Assembly (NCBI GenBank): GCA_024137785.1
Contig: JAHRHZ010000099.1
Span: forward strand, 1,317,262-1,381,261
Reading direction: 5' to 3'
DNA: 64,000 nucleotides
DNA from: Ginglymostoma cirratum
Lineage: Eukaryota
The notes under the pieces are model-generated. The model was not told where the DNA came from, ran no database searches, and saw nothing but the letters and a program-made list of their open reading frames with translations. Below, one piece after another: positions 1-12,445 of the stretch. Position numbers and translations under genes: made by a program. Position 1 is the stretch's first letter; each line of letters starts with the position of its first letter.

Positions 1-362
1 GATCAGACATGCTTATAAAATCGTGATAAGGTTAATAGCCAAAGTCTTTTCCCCAGGTAATAGAGTCCAAAACTAGAGGGCAAAGGTTTAAGTTGAGAGG
101 GGAAAGATTTAAAAGGGATCTGAGGAGCAACATTTTTCTTACAGGAGGTGCTTCGCATATGGAACGAACTGCCAAAGGAAGTGTAGAGATGAGTACAATT
201 ACAACATTAAAAAGACATTTAGAAAGGTACATGGATAGGATAGCTTTAGAGGGATTTGCGCCAAATGCAAGCAACTGGGATTAATTCAGTTTAGGAGACC
301 TGGCCAGCGTGGACGAGTTGGATGGAAGGGCCTGTTTTCGTGCAGCACGACTCTATGACTCG
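1..362 (+). mobile_element. CR1 LINE 3' end (ORF2 C-terminus remnant and 3' UTR)
   Basis: Translation RGERFKRDLRSNIF...TTLKRHLERYMDR resembles the CR1 ORF2 C-terminus and matches the end of the in-window CR1 at 35157-35400. It ends in a CTCTATGACTC tail. Confidence 0.85.
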
Positions 363-720
363 ACGTACATCAATAAAATGAAGGAAGGTATCACCAGAAC
401 TTTTAGATATCTTTGAGTTCTCCGCATTTTGATGTAGTTTCAAGTTTTTTTTCCCATTAGATGCTATTTTCCAAGATGATGAGAGAGGTAGACATGAAGA
501 GATAAAGTCCCAGTTCTTCAAGCCATTCTCGTGACGGTTAACAGAAATTAAGGGTTGGAGCAAAGCCAAGGGACCAATTACTGGACTAGGCATAATTCTG
601 AGTCTGTTTTTACAGAATCTCAAAATTAGACTTTGGGCTTTACTTACAACCTCAGGTTGAAATGCGTCGCCAGCCGTAGATACATAGGTGGCTCACCTGA
701 GAAGAGGAGGTAAAATAGGT

Positions 721-900
721 GCGGTTAGCTCAGTTGGCTGAGCAGACTGTGTGAATCAGATTGCTGCCCAATCCATCTCCCATGATGCCTGGGTGGATTT
801 GGGATTCACCTCTTCGCCCTAGTGATATCGGAGATGGCTGCCTTGTATCTTGCCCTGTGAAAGATATCAGAGAGATGATTTAGAGCTGTTTCTGGCAACT
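721..900 (+). mobile_element. Degraded tRNA-derived SINE
   Basis: Begins GGTTAGCTCAGTTGG (A-box-like). Related copies lie on the minus strand at about 12290-12445 and 61400-61582. Confidence 0.55.
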
Positions 901-2559
901 GAGCAGCAGTCATGGTGCAGTGTTGCAGCAATCTCTATTCGCAGAAGCATGAAAACCTTCACGAACACTGTGCAAACTTTTTCACACGCTGGTACGTCCC
1001 TCTTCCCAAGACTTTCGGCACACCCAGCTTAATTTCCACTTAATGCACACTTCAATGTAAATAAAACATTGAGTTCCAGTACCAGAAAATGGCATTGCTA
1101 TACCTTTTGGTGGGATTATGCCATGTTTAATGCAAAAGAACGTGAGCTGATTGTAGAATTGGTACTGATGCAGCATTAGACCTTGTGCTAAAAAGGTGTG
1201 TTTTTTTTTGCATGAGCGTAATTCAAGAGGTATTTCCAGTTTAAGCAGACAATATGCTTGCATTTGGATTTATGACCAGCCTGTATCAACACTAGCGCTT
1301 TAAATTCTGTTTCAATAAAGACAGCATTAAAGTTGGAAAAATACACACTTTATTAATTGCCTATGCAATAGTCTGTTCTTACAATAGGAGCTGTTTACTT
1401 TGTCTCAACGTGTCTCATCTGGGTACAAATCATCATGACCGACCACATCCTTTGCTTGCAACACTGTCGTTCCTTTGGATTTATATCCGTTTCTAATTTT
1501 GGTCCGTTGACCTATCCAAATCTCCAAATGGGTCAGTTCAATGAGCTTCAGTGCCTTGACAATCTCATCATAGTTATAATAGACCACCTACACGTGGTCA
1601 TTTCCCGTTCTAAGCGAGAGATATCTCCAACTCTGTGCCAGTAATCGGTATAATACCTGTACCTTGACAAGGCTAAAGGAAATTTATTCCGTATAGCACA
1701 GAGACCATTGCCTAAGAAATTTGTTTTGGACTGGTGACGATCCACCGCCTCAGACTATGCCCCAATGTTTCTCAGTGTGTGTACCACTGTTCAGTTAAAA
1801 TTGCATTTTCCAAAGAGGTCAATATAAACCCTAGAGATAACTTCTTCCATTAGTAATCATCTGCCTTTGTCGTTATGGCCTCTACACTCCGATTTCTCTC
1901 ATAAAGCATTGAGCTCCATTAGCTGACATACACCACAACTGGCTATGTTTGCACACGATTAGAAATATGCAAGATATTGAAATACCTTGCAAAACAGATC
2001 AAGGCACCACGTGCGACTCTGAGTGGAAAGCATGTTGACTCTACGTTAGATACACTCAATAAGTGTGGCCTTCCTTGTCTAGCGAAGCACAAGTGCAGCG
2101 CTGACTGGATGTTGCATACCCTGACACGCATCAAATCAGAAATTTCTCAAGCTTTAGAATGATTATAAGATTACACACGTGCATTTGCAGGAGCCAGGGA
2201 TTTTCTGCGCTACCAATTCCACTTTCTACGAGTCGAATGTTTCACCTTCTCCCAACACGACTAGATACTAAAATCTTCATTCCTCATGCATGCGCATGGT
2301 AGTTGTCTTGTCCATTATGAACTTATGCGTGTTGACCCAGAAACAATTTCCTCAACATATGTAGTTTACTGACAGATCAAGACCGTCAAAACATGGCTAA
2401 TCCCTCTCATATAGCTGCTGGCTTGGATATTGTTGATGAATGATGATAGAATAGTAGATAGACTTATAAATGAAGAGCGTGAGGACGCTATAATCAGCTG
2501 CACCCCGAGTATAATCCATTAGACATCCCATATAGACACATTTTTCTAGCGCAATGCTA

Positions 2560-3500
2560 TTCAGGTGAACATCGACAGTTGAGCCACTGCAACTGTCCAA
2601 CAACTGGCAACGTGAACCATGCTTGCAAAGGTACATAATGCTGAGGCCCAGTCTCACCCAATTTTCTTATCAATACGATGGTTCATCACCTTTACAAATG
2701 GTTGATGAAGCACATTTTATTCTTTCCCAAAACAATCACAACCTCACCTTTGAATGCCTGCTCATGGAGAAGCTTGATGTTGAGGCATTTGCAGGCACTA
2801 TTTTCATGGAAGACAATGATGTGTAAATTCAAACAGCCAAACCGCTAGTGTTAGTAACTGACACAACCACAAATGATAATGGACCTTATCTTTTCAATAG
2901 CCCATGCAGAGTGAGACAATCTCAAGAACTTTGCGACCTCTCAATATCAATAACAATCTGGTCAGGGGATTTACTGAGGTGACCCTATCCAATGATTTGG
3001 CAGGCCTTCAGAGATTTGTAGTTGAATGATATCCTCATCTTTCAGAACCAAGTTATAGCACGCTGCCATTCTCTAGATTTCCATCACACATTCTGACCAG
3101 TGTTAATGACAGAATTCGCATCTTGAACTTTCCCTTGAATATAAGTCCTGACCTGCAACTTCCCTCAGATACAACCTGCCTTTACTGCCAATAAACTGGA
3201 TTCTCAACCTTCCCATGATGACACTATATCGCCGCTTATCGGCAGTATAAAGGTAAGCAACATAAGCTATCTATTATTGTATGTCAGGATCAGGTCCTGC
3301 GACCGGATGTACATTGTTGGTTTGCACATGCTCTTTCAGGCGTTTGTTGATGCCTTCGACCCAAAATTTCCTGATTGCACTGGCAGGGTTGTACAATTTA
3401 AGGCTAGAGCACAATTTCCACAACAAAGTGTCGCTACCCACAAAATGCCAGAAACAAACTTATTAGGTTACAATGAAAATTTAATGACAACATAAGCCTT
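2560..3500 (+). mobile_element. Degraded Gypsy-like LTR retrotransposon pol fragment (protease to start of RT region)
   Basis: ORFs 2623-2826 (YDGSSPLQMVDEAHF...LLMEKLDVEAFAGTIFMEDND) and 3277-3495 (FVDAFDPKFPD...) resemble the Gypsy protease C-terminal half and pre-RT linker. Both are disrupted. Confidence 0.55.
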
Positions 3501-3637
3501 GGAGTTCTTGTTCGGCCTGGTGATGTGGGGATAAATGTGGAGAACATTAACCCATCGTTTCTCATAAAGACGTCAATCGGGAGGTTGCGATGATTCATGG
3601 AGCATGGCACTTATCACTAATGTTGGTTATTACAGAA

Positions 3638-4478
3638 AGAACATAAGAACTAGGAGCAGAAATAGACAATTCAGCCACTCAAGACTTCTCCACAATTAAA
3701 TACAACCTTGGCTAATCTCATTTCTGCCTCAACTCCATTTTTCTGCCTGCACCATAACCCTTTAACTCATTATGAATTAAAAATCTGTCTATCACCTCCT
3801 TAAACATACTCAATGTCCTGGCATCCATCACACTCTAGGGCAATGAATTCCATAGATTCATGGATCTTTGAGAGAAGTAATTTCTCCATCTCTGTTTTAA
3901 ATCTGTTATCCCTTACTAAAACTATGTATCACATTCTAAATTGACCCCATGAGAAAACATCCTTCTAATGTCGACTTTCTTGAACACTTTTTAGCATCTT
4001 ATATACCTCAATTAGATCTCCTTTCATTCTTCTAAATTCTAGAGACTATTTTACTGCTAAACTCTTCAATCTGTTTTCATAAGAAACAGTTCTCGTCCCT
4101 GGAAACAATCTAGTGACATCTTCTGAGCTTCCTCCAATACAACTACATCCCTCATCAAGTAAGGGGACCAAAATTGTACGCAAATACTTCAGGTATGGCT
4201 TACTAAAGCCTTGCACAGTTTCAGCAACACTTCCCTACTTTTGTACTGTATTCCTTCAGCATTAAATGATAAAATTCCATTTGCCTTCCTTATTAGTTGC
4301 TGTATCTTCACACTAGTTTTCTACAATTCATGCTCAAAAACACACAGATCCCACTGCAATGAAGCACTCTGAAGTTTCTGTCCATTTAGGTAATAAATTG
4401 CCTTTCTATTCCACTGGCCAAAATGGATAACTTCGCACTTGTTCATCTAAAATCTTAATCTGCCAAATTTTGGCCAGA
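3638..4478 (-). mobile_element. CR1 LINE 3' fragment
   Basis: AGAACATAAGAACTAGGAGCAG tail on the plus strand, collinear with the 3' part of the CR1 at 35064-35900. Confidence 0.85.
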
Positions 4479-4539
4479 ACGTGAGTATGTGAAGATTTCT
4501 CAGACTATCCGACCACATACCATGAATTACACTATTATA

Positions 4540-5430
4540 TTCCAAGGGAACTATTTAAAATTCCAGCACATGTGCAAAGATTCAGACTCAGATTGATGAT
4601 GAATCATGATAATGTAACAGTGTGCACACCAAGGGAAGCTCGAATCGCATCTGTCCAATTACCCAGAACTATAGTGGATCTAGCTAATGGACAATATTTA
4701 GCCCTTATGGGGGAATTAGAGACATTTGAATTAGCAATAACAAATTACTTACCTGCCTCCGGGAAGAATGTACAGGAAATTCAAGAAGCACAAAAGCCAT
4801 TTATAGAATGCACCCAGACCAGGAATCACTGCCTAGAAAGTTGGTCAAAATGCCATCCATCAAGCTGCTGTTACGCAAATATCATGAATTACGGAAACAT
4901 TTACAGTCCAGTAATAGGGTTCAATCACAGGTTTGTAAAACCAAAACCTGTGGAAGAGGAAATTCTCACAATATCTATCAATGTTACCTTTAAACCAGGT
5001 TTTAAGCCCGTACACAGCAAACTGTATAACGGCCCGGTATTTCCTAAACAATCTAAGATTTCACACCATACTGCCTTACGTTTGCCAATGGAGCGCTTGT
5101 TATCTTCTAATCTACAAGGCAGGCTTTGGCAAAATTTGGGATTGGATCTGATAGAGTTTCAAGGGAAAGCATACTTGATAACAGTAGATTATTATTCCAG
5201 GTGAATAGAAGTTACCAGACTTTGCACCACTGTAGCCAAGGCAAAACACTAAAGATTAAACACTAAAGAAAAGCTTTGCCACACACAAACTCCAAGTGTG
5301 TTTGTGTCAGATCGTTATCCGCAATTTGTAAACGAACATTTGACGAGACTCACGGAGAAAATCAGGAAGTAATAATGTTATTCGTTCTCCTCGTCATCCA
5401 TAGGATAATTGAAAAATTGAAAGGGTGACA
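4540..5430 (+). mobile_element. Gypsy-like pol remnant (RNase H end to integrase core)
   Basis: ORF 4572-5204 has QRFRLRLM (end of RNase H) and WQNLGLDLIEFQGKAYLITVDYYSR (integrase core start). Frameshifted FATH..P...VSD..PQF motifs follow. Confidence 0.8.
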
Positions 5431-5886
5431 TGAAGTTATTAACGATTGCAAACAATGACTGGGATTTGCTTTCGTTGAATCTTGGAAACATAACTCATAA
5501 ATTGAGCTGATTTACTCATAGGAATTGATTTGGTTGAAATAAAGGTTAAAACTTCATTGATAATCATAGAAAGTTCCAATGAGGCTAAAGAGAGAGAACA
5601 GTTACAGTAACAAGCTCGAGATATTTTCCAATTGGGTGTAGTTACCAGAATCAGTAACCAGAGATCAGAATTATGATCACAAGCAGATTTCAGAGTGGTT
5701 GAAACTTTATTTAGGGAATGGGTCAATTCAAAAAAAATGTTTTCCATATCTTTGCGAAGTGAAACTCGGAAACCTGATCCAGACTAAAGTAGAGTGCTCG
5801 CTGGCTGGGTAGGACCATTACCAAAAACAAAAACAAGATGCAAGCATATCCTTATGCCAATGGGCAAGACAATTCAATTTCCAGAG

Positions 5887-5990
5887 GCTATTCCTTTCAG
5901 AACAGTTATATTTTTGTCAAGAAGGAGTGTAATATAAAGCTATGTCTTTCAGAACAGTTATATCTTTGTCAGGAAGGAATGTAATATAAC
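5887..5990 (+). repeat. Two-copy 52-bp tandem repeat containing a polypurine tract followed by TGTAATAT (probable PPT/LTR start)
   Basis: The unit GCTAT..CTTTCAGAACAGTTATAT.TTTGTCA.GAAGGA.TGTAATATAA occurs at 5887 and 5939. Confidence 0.8.
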
Positions 5991-7381
5991 ATTCAGTAAT
6001 GATCTCTAGAAAGAATTTTCGGTTGATGTTGGGGAGTTGTCAATCAATTCAGAGGAAAATTCCAATTGTGATAAAGAATGTTTGGCTTGAAGCAAGAGGC
6101 AAAAGTAATAAAAGCAAATCCTCATCAAGGAACGTAGAATGCACAGCCCTATCATAAAAAGAGATAGGCAACAAAAGTCTGTTTAGTTTGAACAATATGA
6201 AACAACTGTTCAATGTGCTATAACGGTTTCACCTATACCATCAAATTTAAATCTTACTTACTAAACTAAAAAAGTAGTATTTTTGCCCAATGTGAAGGAG
6301 AACAAGGAATTGTAAGTAAACTCTGCGCAATTAAATGAGCATAGAATCATTGAACATCCTTTAATAGTCTTACTGCAACATCCTATCTAGATCTCTCGTA
6401 CTGTCTTTTGGAAATAGTTCCTTTATCTAGTGAGGTGGAGATGGCCAAAGAGATATTGTGCAATTAAAATAATACAAAATAGTTGTTGAGTATTCTACTG
6501 CAAATTCTCCTTTAGAATCCAGGGTCTATCAAACGAAAGTGAAGAAGTGCCAATGTTTCCCAGATAGTTGATATTGGCTTGAAAATGGAGGTACTTCAAA
6601 GTGGTTCGAGTGAGGGGCATCAGGGCTTACATTCAGGTAGAAAAAGTAGGTAATGCGCAGGGAATCAATGTTCAATTAAAATAACCAAACTTCGGACTGG
6701 AATTCGAAGTTATTAAGATTCAAATTCCTCACACTGTTTGTTGAGTTGATATTCAATACGGCGAGCAAAAAAAAATGATAGATTTAGGTGCAATAAAATG
6801 GTCAGAATGTTTCAGTTCTGTTGTTTCCGACATAATGGACATACACAACTCAAAACAACAGTTAGAAAGCAAGCCTCCGAAAAGAAAAGATAGTTTTTTA
6901 AAAAAAGAAATACTGGTCAGCAACTCAAAGCAATCATGTTCCTCTTCCAATCTAAGGAAGCGGCCTTTAGTGAAGTAATTGTGACAACACAAGCAGCTGT
7001 AGTTAGTAGAAATGAAATGGACCTGAAAGCAGTTGTGTAGAAAAAATGTTTCTAGTTCTGGCCTTGAGAATAACTTTGTTGAAGTAAGATTACTACAGAA
7101 TTTAATAGCACAAAGAAGAAAGGGTCTCTGGACTCGAAACATTAACTCTCTTTCTCTTTCCACATATGTTGCCAGACGTGTTGAATTTCTTCAATGTTGT
7201 TTTTGCTTGCGAGAGAATGTATCTGATTTAGAATCGTATGTAGAATCAAGTGACTTCAATGTAAGGATATGTCACAATTCCGGAAATAGTAGAAAACGAA
7301 AACAAAATCTAACAGAAGAAATAAAACTAGGATCAGAATGTATGACTGTTTAATTGTGAGTACAGTATAATTGTGATGTGG

Positions 7382-7477
7382 GATAACAAGGTGTAGAGCT
7401 GGATGAACGCAGCAGGCCAGGCAGCATCAGAGGAAGAGGAAAGCTGACGCTTCGGGTCTGGACCCTTCGTCAGAAAA
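7382..7477 (-). mobile_element. Short Penelope-like terminal fragment with degenerate hammerhead core
   Basis: Same family as 39794-39978 and 62797-63374. The minus strand reads CTGACGA-AGGGTCCAGACCC-GAAG-CGTC. Flanked by the direct repeat TAATTGTGATG (7368-7378 and 7482-7492). Confidence 0.7.
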
Positions 7478-7639
7478 CCTTTAATTGTGATGCGCTCGTC
7501 CAGTTACCCTAACTCACTGACATCACTTAACATACTGACGGTCATCTGAAATTTTACCTGGGCTTTTCTGTTCGAAGGCCGTACCATCGGGAGAGATCAG
7601 CAGAAATTGCTTCTTTGCAGTTTGCGGCAACTCCAACAG

Positions 7640-9630
7640 AAATTATGGTATTAGGAAAGCGAAGGAGGTACATGAAAAAACACTGACAGGTGACTTTAAA
7701 GAAAACCGAAAAGCTGTTTAGAAGTGCGTTAGGGACAAGAGAATAACCAGAGAAAGAGAAAAATCTGTTCAGGGCAAAAAAAAAATGGCAATCTGCGTGA
7801 GTCGTCAGAAGGCATAACTGAAGATTTAAGTTAGTACTTTGCATCTGTATTCACTGCAGAGAAGGACGGTGTAGACATAGAAATCAGGGTGACAAACTAT
7901 CATATCTTTGGAAGAATTAGCATTGTGAGAGAGGAGCTGTTAGTGGTTTTATTGGGCTTGAAAATGGATAAACCCGAGGTGGGAATGAAATGTATCCTAG
8001 GCTACTGTGGGAAGCAAGGGAGAGTTATTACATGAGCTCTGAGATTAATTTGAAAATCCTCTCTGACCACAGGAAGGGTGCCAGAGGACTTACGGATAGC
8101 TGATGTGGCACCATTATTCAAGAAGGGTAGTAGGGGTAAACCAGAAAACAGCAGGCTGTGAGCTTGAGGTTTGTGGTCGGGAAACAACTGGAAAAAAATT
8201 CTGAGGCACAGAATTAATCTCCACTTGGAGAGACAAGAATTAATCAAGGATAGTCAGTGCGGCTTTGGTAGGAGAAGGTCATGTCTGACAAATTTGATTG
8301 AATTTTTCCAGGAGATGATTAGGTGTGTAGATGAAGGTAATGTATTCGATGTGCCCCACATGGAGTTCAGTAAAGTTTTTAACAAGGTCTCACATGGCAG
8401 ACTGGTTAAAAAGCTAAGAGCCCATGGAATCCAGAGCAATTTGGCAAATTGGTTAGAAAATTGATTTAATGCCAGGGAAGAGAGCGCAATGGTCAAGAAG
8501 TGCTTTTGTAACTGCAAACTGCATCCGGTGGCACACACAACTTTAGGTGCTGGGTCCCTTATTTTTACCGCACATTAATGATCCAGACAAGCATGTCAGA
8601 GGTATGATCAGTAAGATCTCAGATGACAGAAAAATTGGTGGTAAATAGCAAGGAGGAAATCCATAGACTACAGAACGATGCAGATGAGCCAGTGAGCTGG
8701 GCTGAACGGTGGCGAATGGAAGCGAATCCTGAAAAGTGTGAGGTGACGCATTTTAGGAGAACTAAAAAGCAAGGGAGCGCATCTTGAATGGTAGGAACCT
8801 AGAAGTACAGAAGGTCAGAGGGGCCTTAGTTTGCCTGCCTATAAAGCCTTGAAGGCAGCATCACTGTTACAAAATTTGGTTAAAAAGACAGATGGGATAT
8901 CTGCTTTTATTAATCAAGACATTGAATACTAGAGTAACAAGCTTATGATAGAAATGCATATAACATCGCTGGAGTCCTATGAGTAGATCTGCTCACCAAG
9001 CTTTAGGAATCTTTTAGAATCTTTTAGAATGATGCGAAATGCGCTAGTGAGGGTGCAGAAGAGATTCACCAGGATCTTGCCTGGCTGGACCAATTCGACT
9101 AATGAAGACAGACCAGGTAGGCTGAGGTTATTTTCTTTATTGCAAAGAAGGCTGACGGACGATCTGATTGAGGTACAAACCTATGAGGGGCACAGATAGG
9201 ATAGATATGGAGTACCTTCCACTCTTAGTAAAGGGTTCACTAAACGTGGGAGATAGTTTTAAGGTAATGCACGGGACGTTCAGAGCACCTTTGAAGAAAA
9301 CCTTTTATACACTTTTTGCAGGGGTTGTGGGAATCTGGAACTGACTGCCTAAAAGGGTGGTAGATTCAGGAAGCCACAAGACATTTAATAACTATTTAGA
9401 TGAAGGTGTGAATTACCATTGCAGACAGCTATGAGTCAGGCTTTTGTAGTGAAATGGTAGTGCTGCAGTTTCTCGGCTGAAAAACCCAGGTTCACATCTC
9501 CCTTTTTCTAGCGGTATAACCTAACACTTCTGAACAGGTTGATGTTGATTAAAACATATCTACACGTTTATGGACTAAATGCTGGAAAATTGAATTATAA
9601 TTGATATATTCAGAACAACTGACATAGAAC
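7640..9630 (+). mobile_element. Degraded CR1 LINE ORF2 (RT) and 3' end
   Basis: ORF 8171-8464 contains QCGFGRRRSCLTNLIEFFQE...DVPHMEFSKVFNKVSHGRL (CR1 RT). There are many stops, and a small SINE is inserted near 9445-9562. Confidence 0.85.
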
Positions 9631-10399
9631 CATGCCTTCTGGAGTTTCCAGGGTTGCCAGGGTGAGGTAGCTACTCAGCATGCTTGAGGTGAAGAGTTGG
9701 AGCTGGTCTAGAATGCAGGTCAAACAACAAAATTAAACCATTACAGGCATTGTTTTTCTCTGAGATTGGGCCGAAAACAGGCTGCAAGGGCTTAACTTCG
9801 GATCATGGTATCAACGTGACTGCTACTTCACTGAGATTGTGTCTTACACCAGGCCTTCCCCTTTACTTCCCTGTTGGATTCTGCTTCTGAGATTTTCCCT
9901 TAGGGCCCAGGATCAGTTGCTTCCATTCAACCTCCATGGATTCTAAAAACTTTCATGCTCAATATGCAATATGACAGAAGAAGAGAAGGTGAAAAGGCTA
10001 AGTGGAGGTTTGTGAACTCTATGCAAGGTATGGATTTAACCTCTGCACATACTCAACAAAGTAACCCAATGTATTTGATGTCTTCCTAAATGTGCCCTCT
10101 CTAATTTGGTCAGTCATAAACCAGGTTCTCCCACCAGTTTTACACTTTTTAGCAATAGCTTAAGCACAAATTTACAAAGTTCCCTGTCTTGCTATAAGTC
10201 CCCTACCATGACTAAATTTCAAGTAGAAAGGTTGCTTCAGGAGGCAGGCATGGACACTTATCAATGTAATATCTTTATTCAAAAAGTGTACGAGACAACA
10301 TCAAGTCACTAATGGCCAGTTAGCTTAACATCAGTCATTGCTAAAGGGTCTATTCAATGGAAGCAATTGCAGAGCTTTAAAATATAATCAAACTCTGAA

Positions 10400-11070
10400 T
10401 GGCTTCATGTAGGAGAAAATAGCATTTCACAAATATGTTAAGAAATCTGTGATGGGAGACTAAAAGGATAGATAAAGGGGAACAACTGAATGTAATATAT
10501 TTGTATTTATAAAGTACTTTTGATAAAGTACTGTCTGTCTGACTGGTTATTAAATTAAGAGGCCATGGTGTTGGGGTAGTACATAAGCATGGATAGAAAA
10601 TTGGATGCTTGACAGGGAGTTGGGACGCAGGGTGCATTTTCAGGATGGAAACATGTATCTAGTATTGTCCACAGGGATGACTGCTGGAGCCACAATTATT
10701 TACAATAAATATGAATGACTTGGATGATGGATGTACTGTCACCCAACAGTTCTGGCTGCCCTGCTGTAGGAAGGATATAATCAAGTTGGAAAGAGTTTAG
10801 AAAGACTTATCAGCATGTTGCCTGGACTGGAAGGTTTGAGTTATGAGGGGAGGCTGAATAGGTTGGGACATTTTTCAAAGGAGTGTTGGAGGATGAGGGG
10901 TGACCATATAGATGTTTATAAGGTCATGAACTATTCACTTCATCTATGCCCCTCATGATTTTCCCTACGGTAGGGGAGCTCAAAACTAGGGGGCATTTTT
11001 TAAGGAGAGAGAAGAAAGATTTAAAAGGGACTCGAGGCACAACTTTTTCACATAGTGGGTGTGAAACTAA
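10400..11070 (+). mobile_element. CR1 LINE RT and 3' fragments
   Basis: Degraded CR1 RT motifs (about 10400-10745) followed by a CR1 C-terminal segment (10746-11070). Confidence 0.7.
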
Positions 11071-11104
11071 CTAAACTAGTTACAAACTAGTTTACAAACT
11101 AAAC

Positions 11105-11975
11105 TAGTCCCACCTACCTAGCCCGTATGTCTCCAAATTTTTCTTATTCTTGTATCTGTGCAAATTTCTTTTAACCATTCTAATTGTACCCACATCCACC
11201 ACTTCCTCAGAAAGTTCTTTCCTCACAAGAACCACTCTCTGTGTAAAACGTTTGCCCCTCATGTCTTTGAAAAATCTCCCTCCTTTCACCTTAAAAATAC
11301 CCCCATCCTAGGGAAAAGACAACTACCATTAACTTTATCTGTGCCCCTCATTATTTTATCAACTTCTACAAGGTTGCCTTTCAACCTCCTGCGCTTCAGT
11401 GAAAAACGGCCAGCATACCCAGCCTTTCTTTGTAACTCAAACCTTCCATAGCAGGCAACATCCTGGTAAATCTCTTCTGAGCCGTCTCCAGCTTGATAAT
11501 ATCCTCCATCTAACTGGGCGACCAGAACTCCACACAATAGTCCAGAAGAGGCTTCACCAGCATCCTGTACAACCTCAACATGACTCCCCATCTCCTATAC
11601 TCTAAAGACTGAGCAATGAAGGCAAGTGTGCCCAGTGCCTTTTTAACCACCCTGTCTATATGTGACGCAAACTTCAAATAATAATGCACCTGCAATCCTA
11701 GGTCCCTCTGTTCTACAACACTACCCAAGGCCCTACCATTAATTGTAGTGTATAAGACCTACCCTTGTTTGTTGCACCAAAATGCTTACCTCACAGATGC
11801 AATATCTATTCAGATTGAACTCCATCTGCCATTTTTCAGCAAATAGACCCATTTAATCAAGACCCCTTTGTAATCTTGGAAAACTTTCTTCACTGCCTAC
11901 TATGCCACCAATTTTAGGATTATCCGCAAATTTATTAACCATGCTTTCTATATTCTCATCCAAATCATTTATATA
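11105..11975 (-). mobile_element. CR1 LINE 3' fragment
   Basis: Minus-strand ORFs give QRDLGLQVH...LYRMLVKPLLDYCVEFWSP and FTQRVV, typical of the CR1 ORF2 C-terminus. Confidence 0.85.
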
Positions 11976-12289
11976 AATGCTGTTCGGGAATGTGGACGAC
12001 TAGAACATTCGCAAGTGCAATTGCCGATAGGCAACAAGCCCTGGTCACGCCAATGTTTACTTCCCAAGAAATAATGAGAAAAAAAGAACCGAAAACAATG
12101 AAGATCTGCCCAGTGGTTAACTCGAGAAAATTGTGGTGGAGCTACAGCGTGCACCTCCAGTTCAATGTCTCCGAGGGACAACGCATAGATTTCGAAAATG
12201 GGGAGCTTGAATGCTTAGTTCTCAGAAATGATGTGACAGATCTGTTATAAAATTAATTGCTGAATATAAAGTCTCCTTAACCCTAAACG

Positions 12290-12445
12290 ACCACTCTCAC
12301 ATTAGAGAAAGAGATAATTCATGGCATGTTTAACCTCAGGGCCACAGCGCCTCAGGCGAGGAGTGAGATTGGAAAAGTGGGGTCTTGAACCTGCGCTAGT
12401 AGTGGACTACTGCATAGCAAAACCGCTCAGCCAACTGAGCTGGTG
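12290..12445 (-). mobile_element. tRNA-derived SINE
   Basis: The reverse complement starts CAGCTCAGTTGGCTGAGCGG and has a GGTTCAAG B-box-like motif. Similar to 61400-61582. Confidence 0.6.

Noticed and set aside
4572-5204. 210-aa ORF as a host gene
   Set aside because: It is a mosaic of Gypsy RNase H-end and integrase motifs that stops inside the integrase core, so it is a decayed retrotransposon.
5887-5990. CRISPR-like array
   Set aside because: Only two adjacent units with no unique spacers, in vertebrate DNA.
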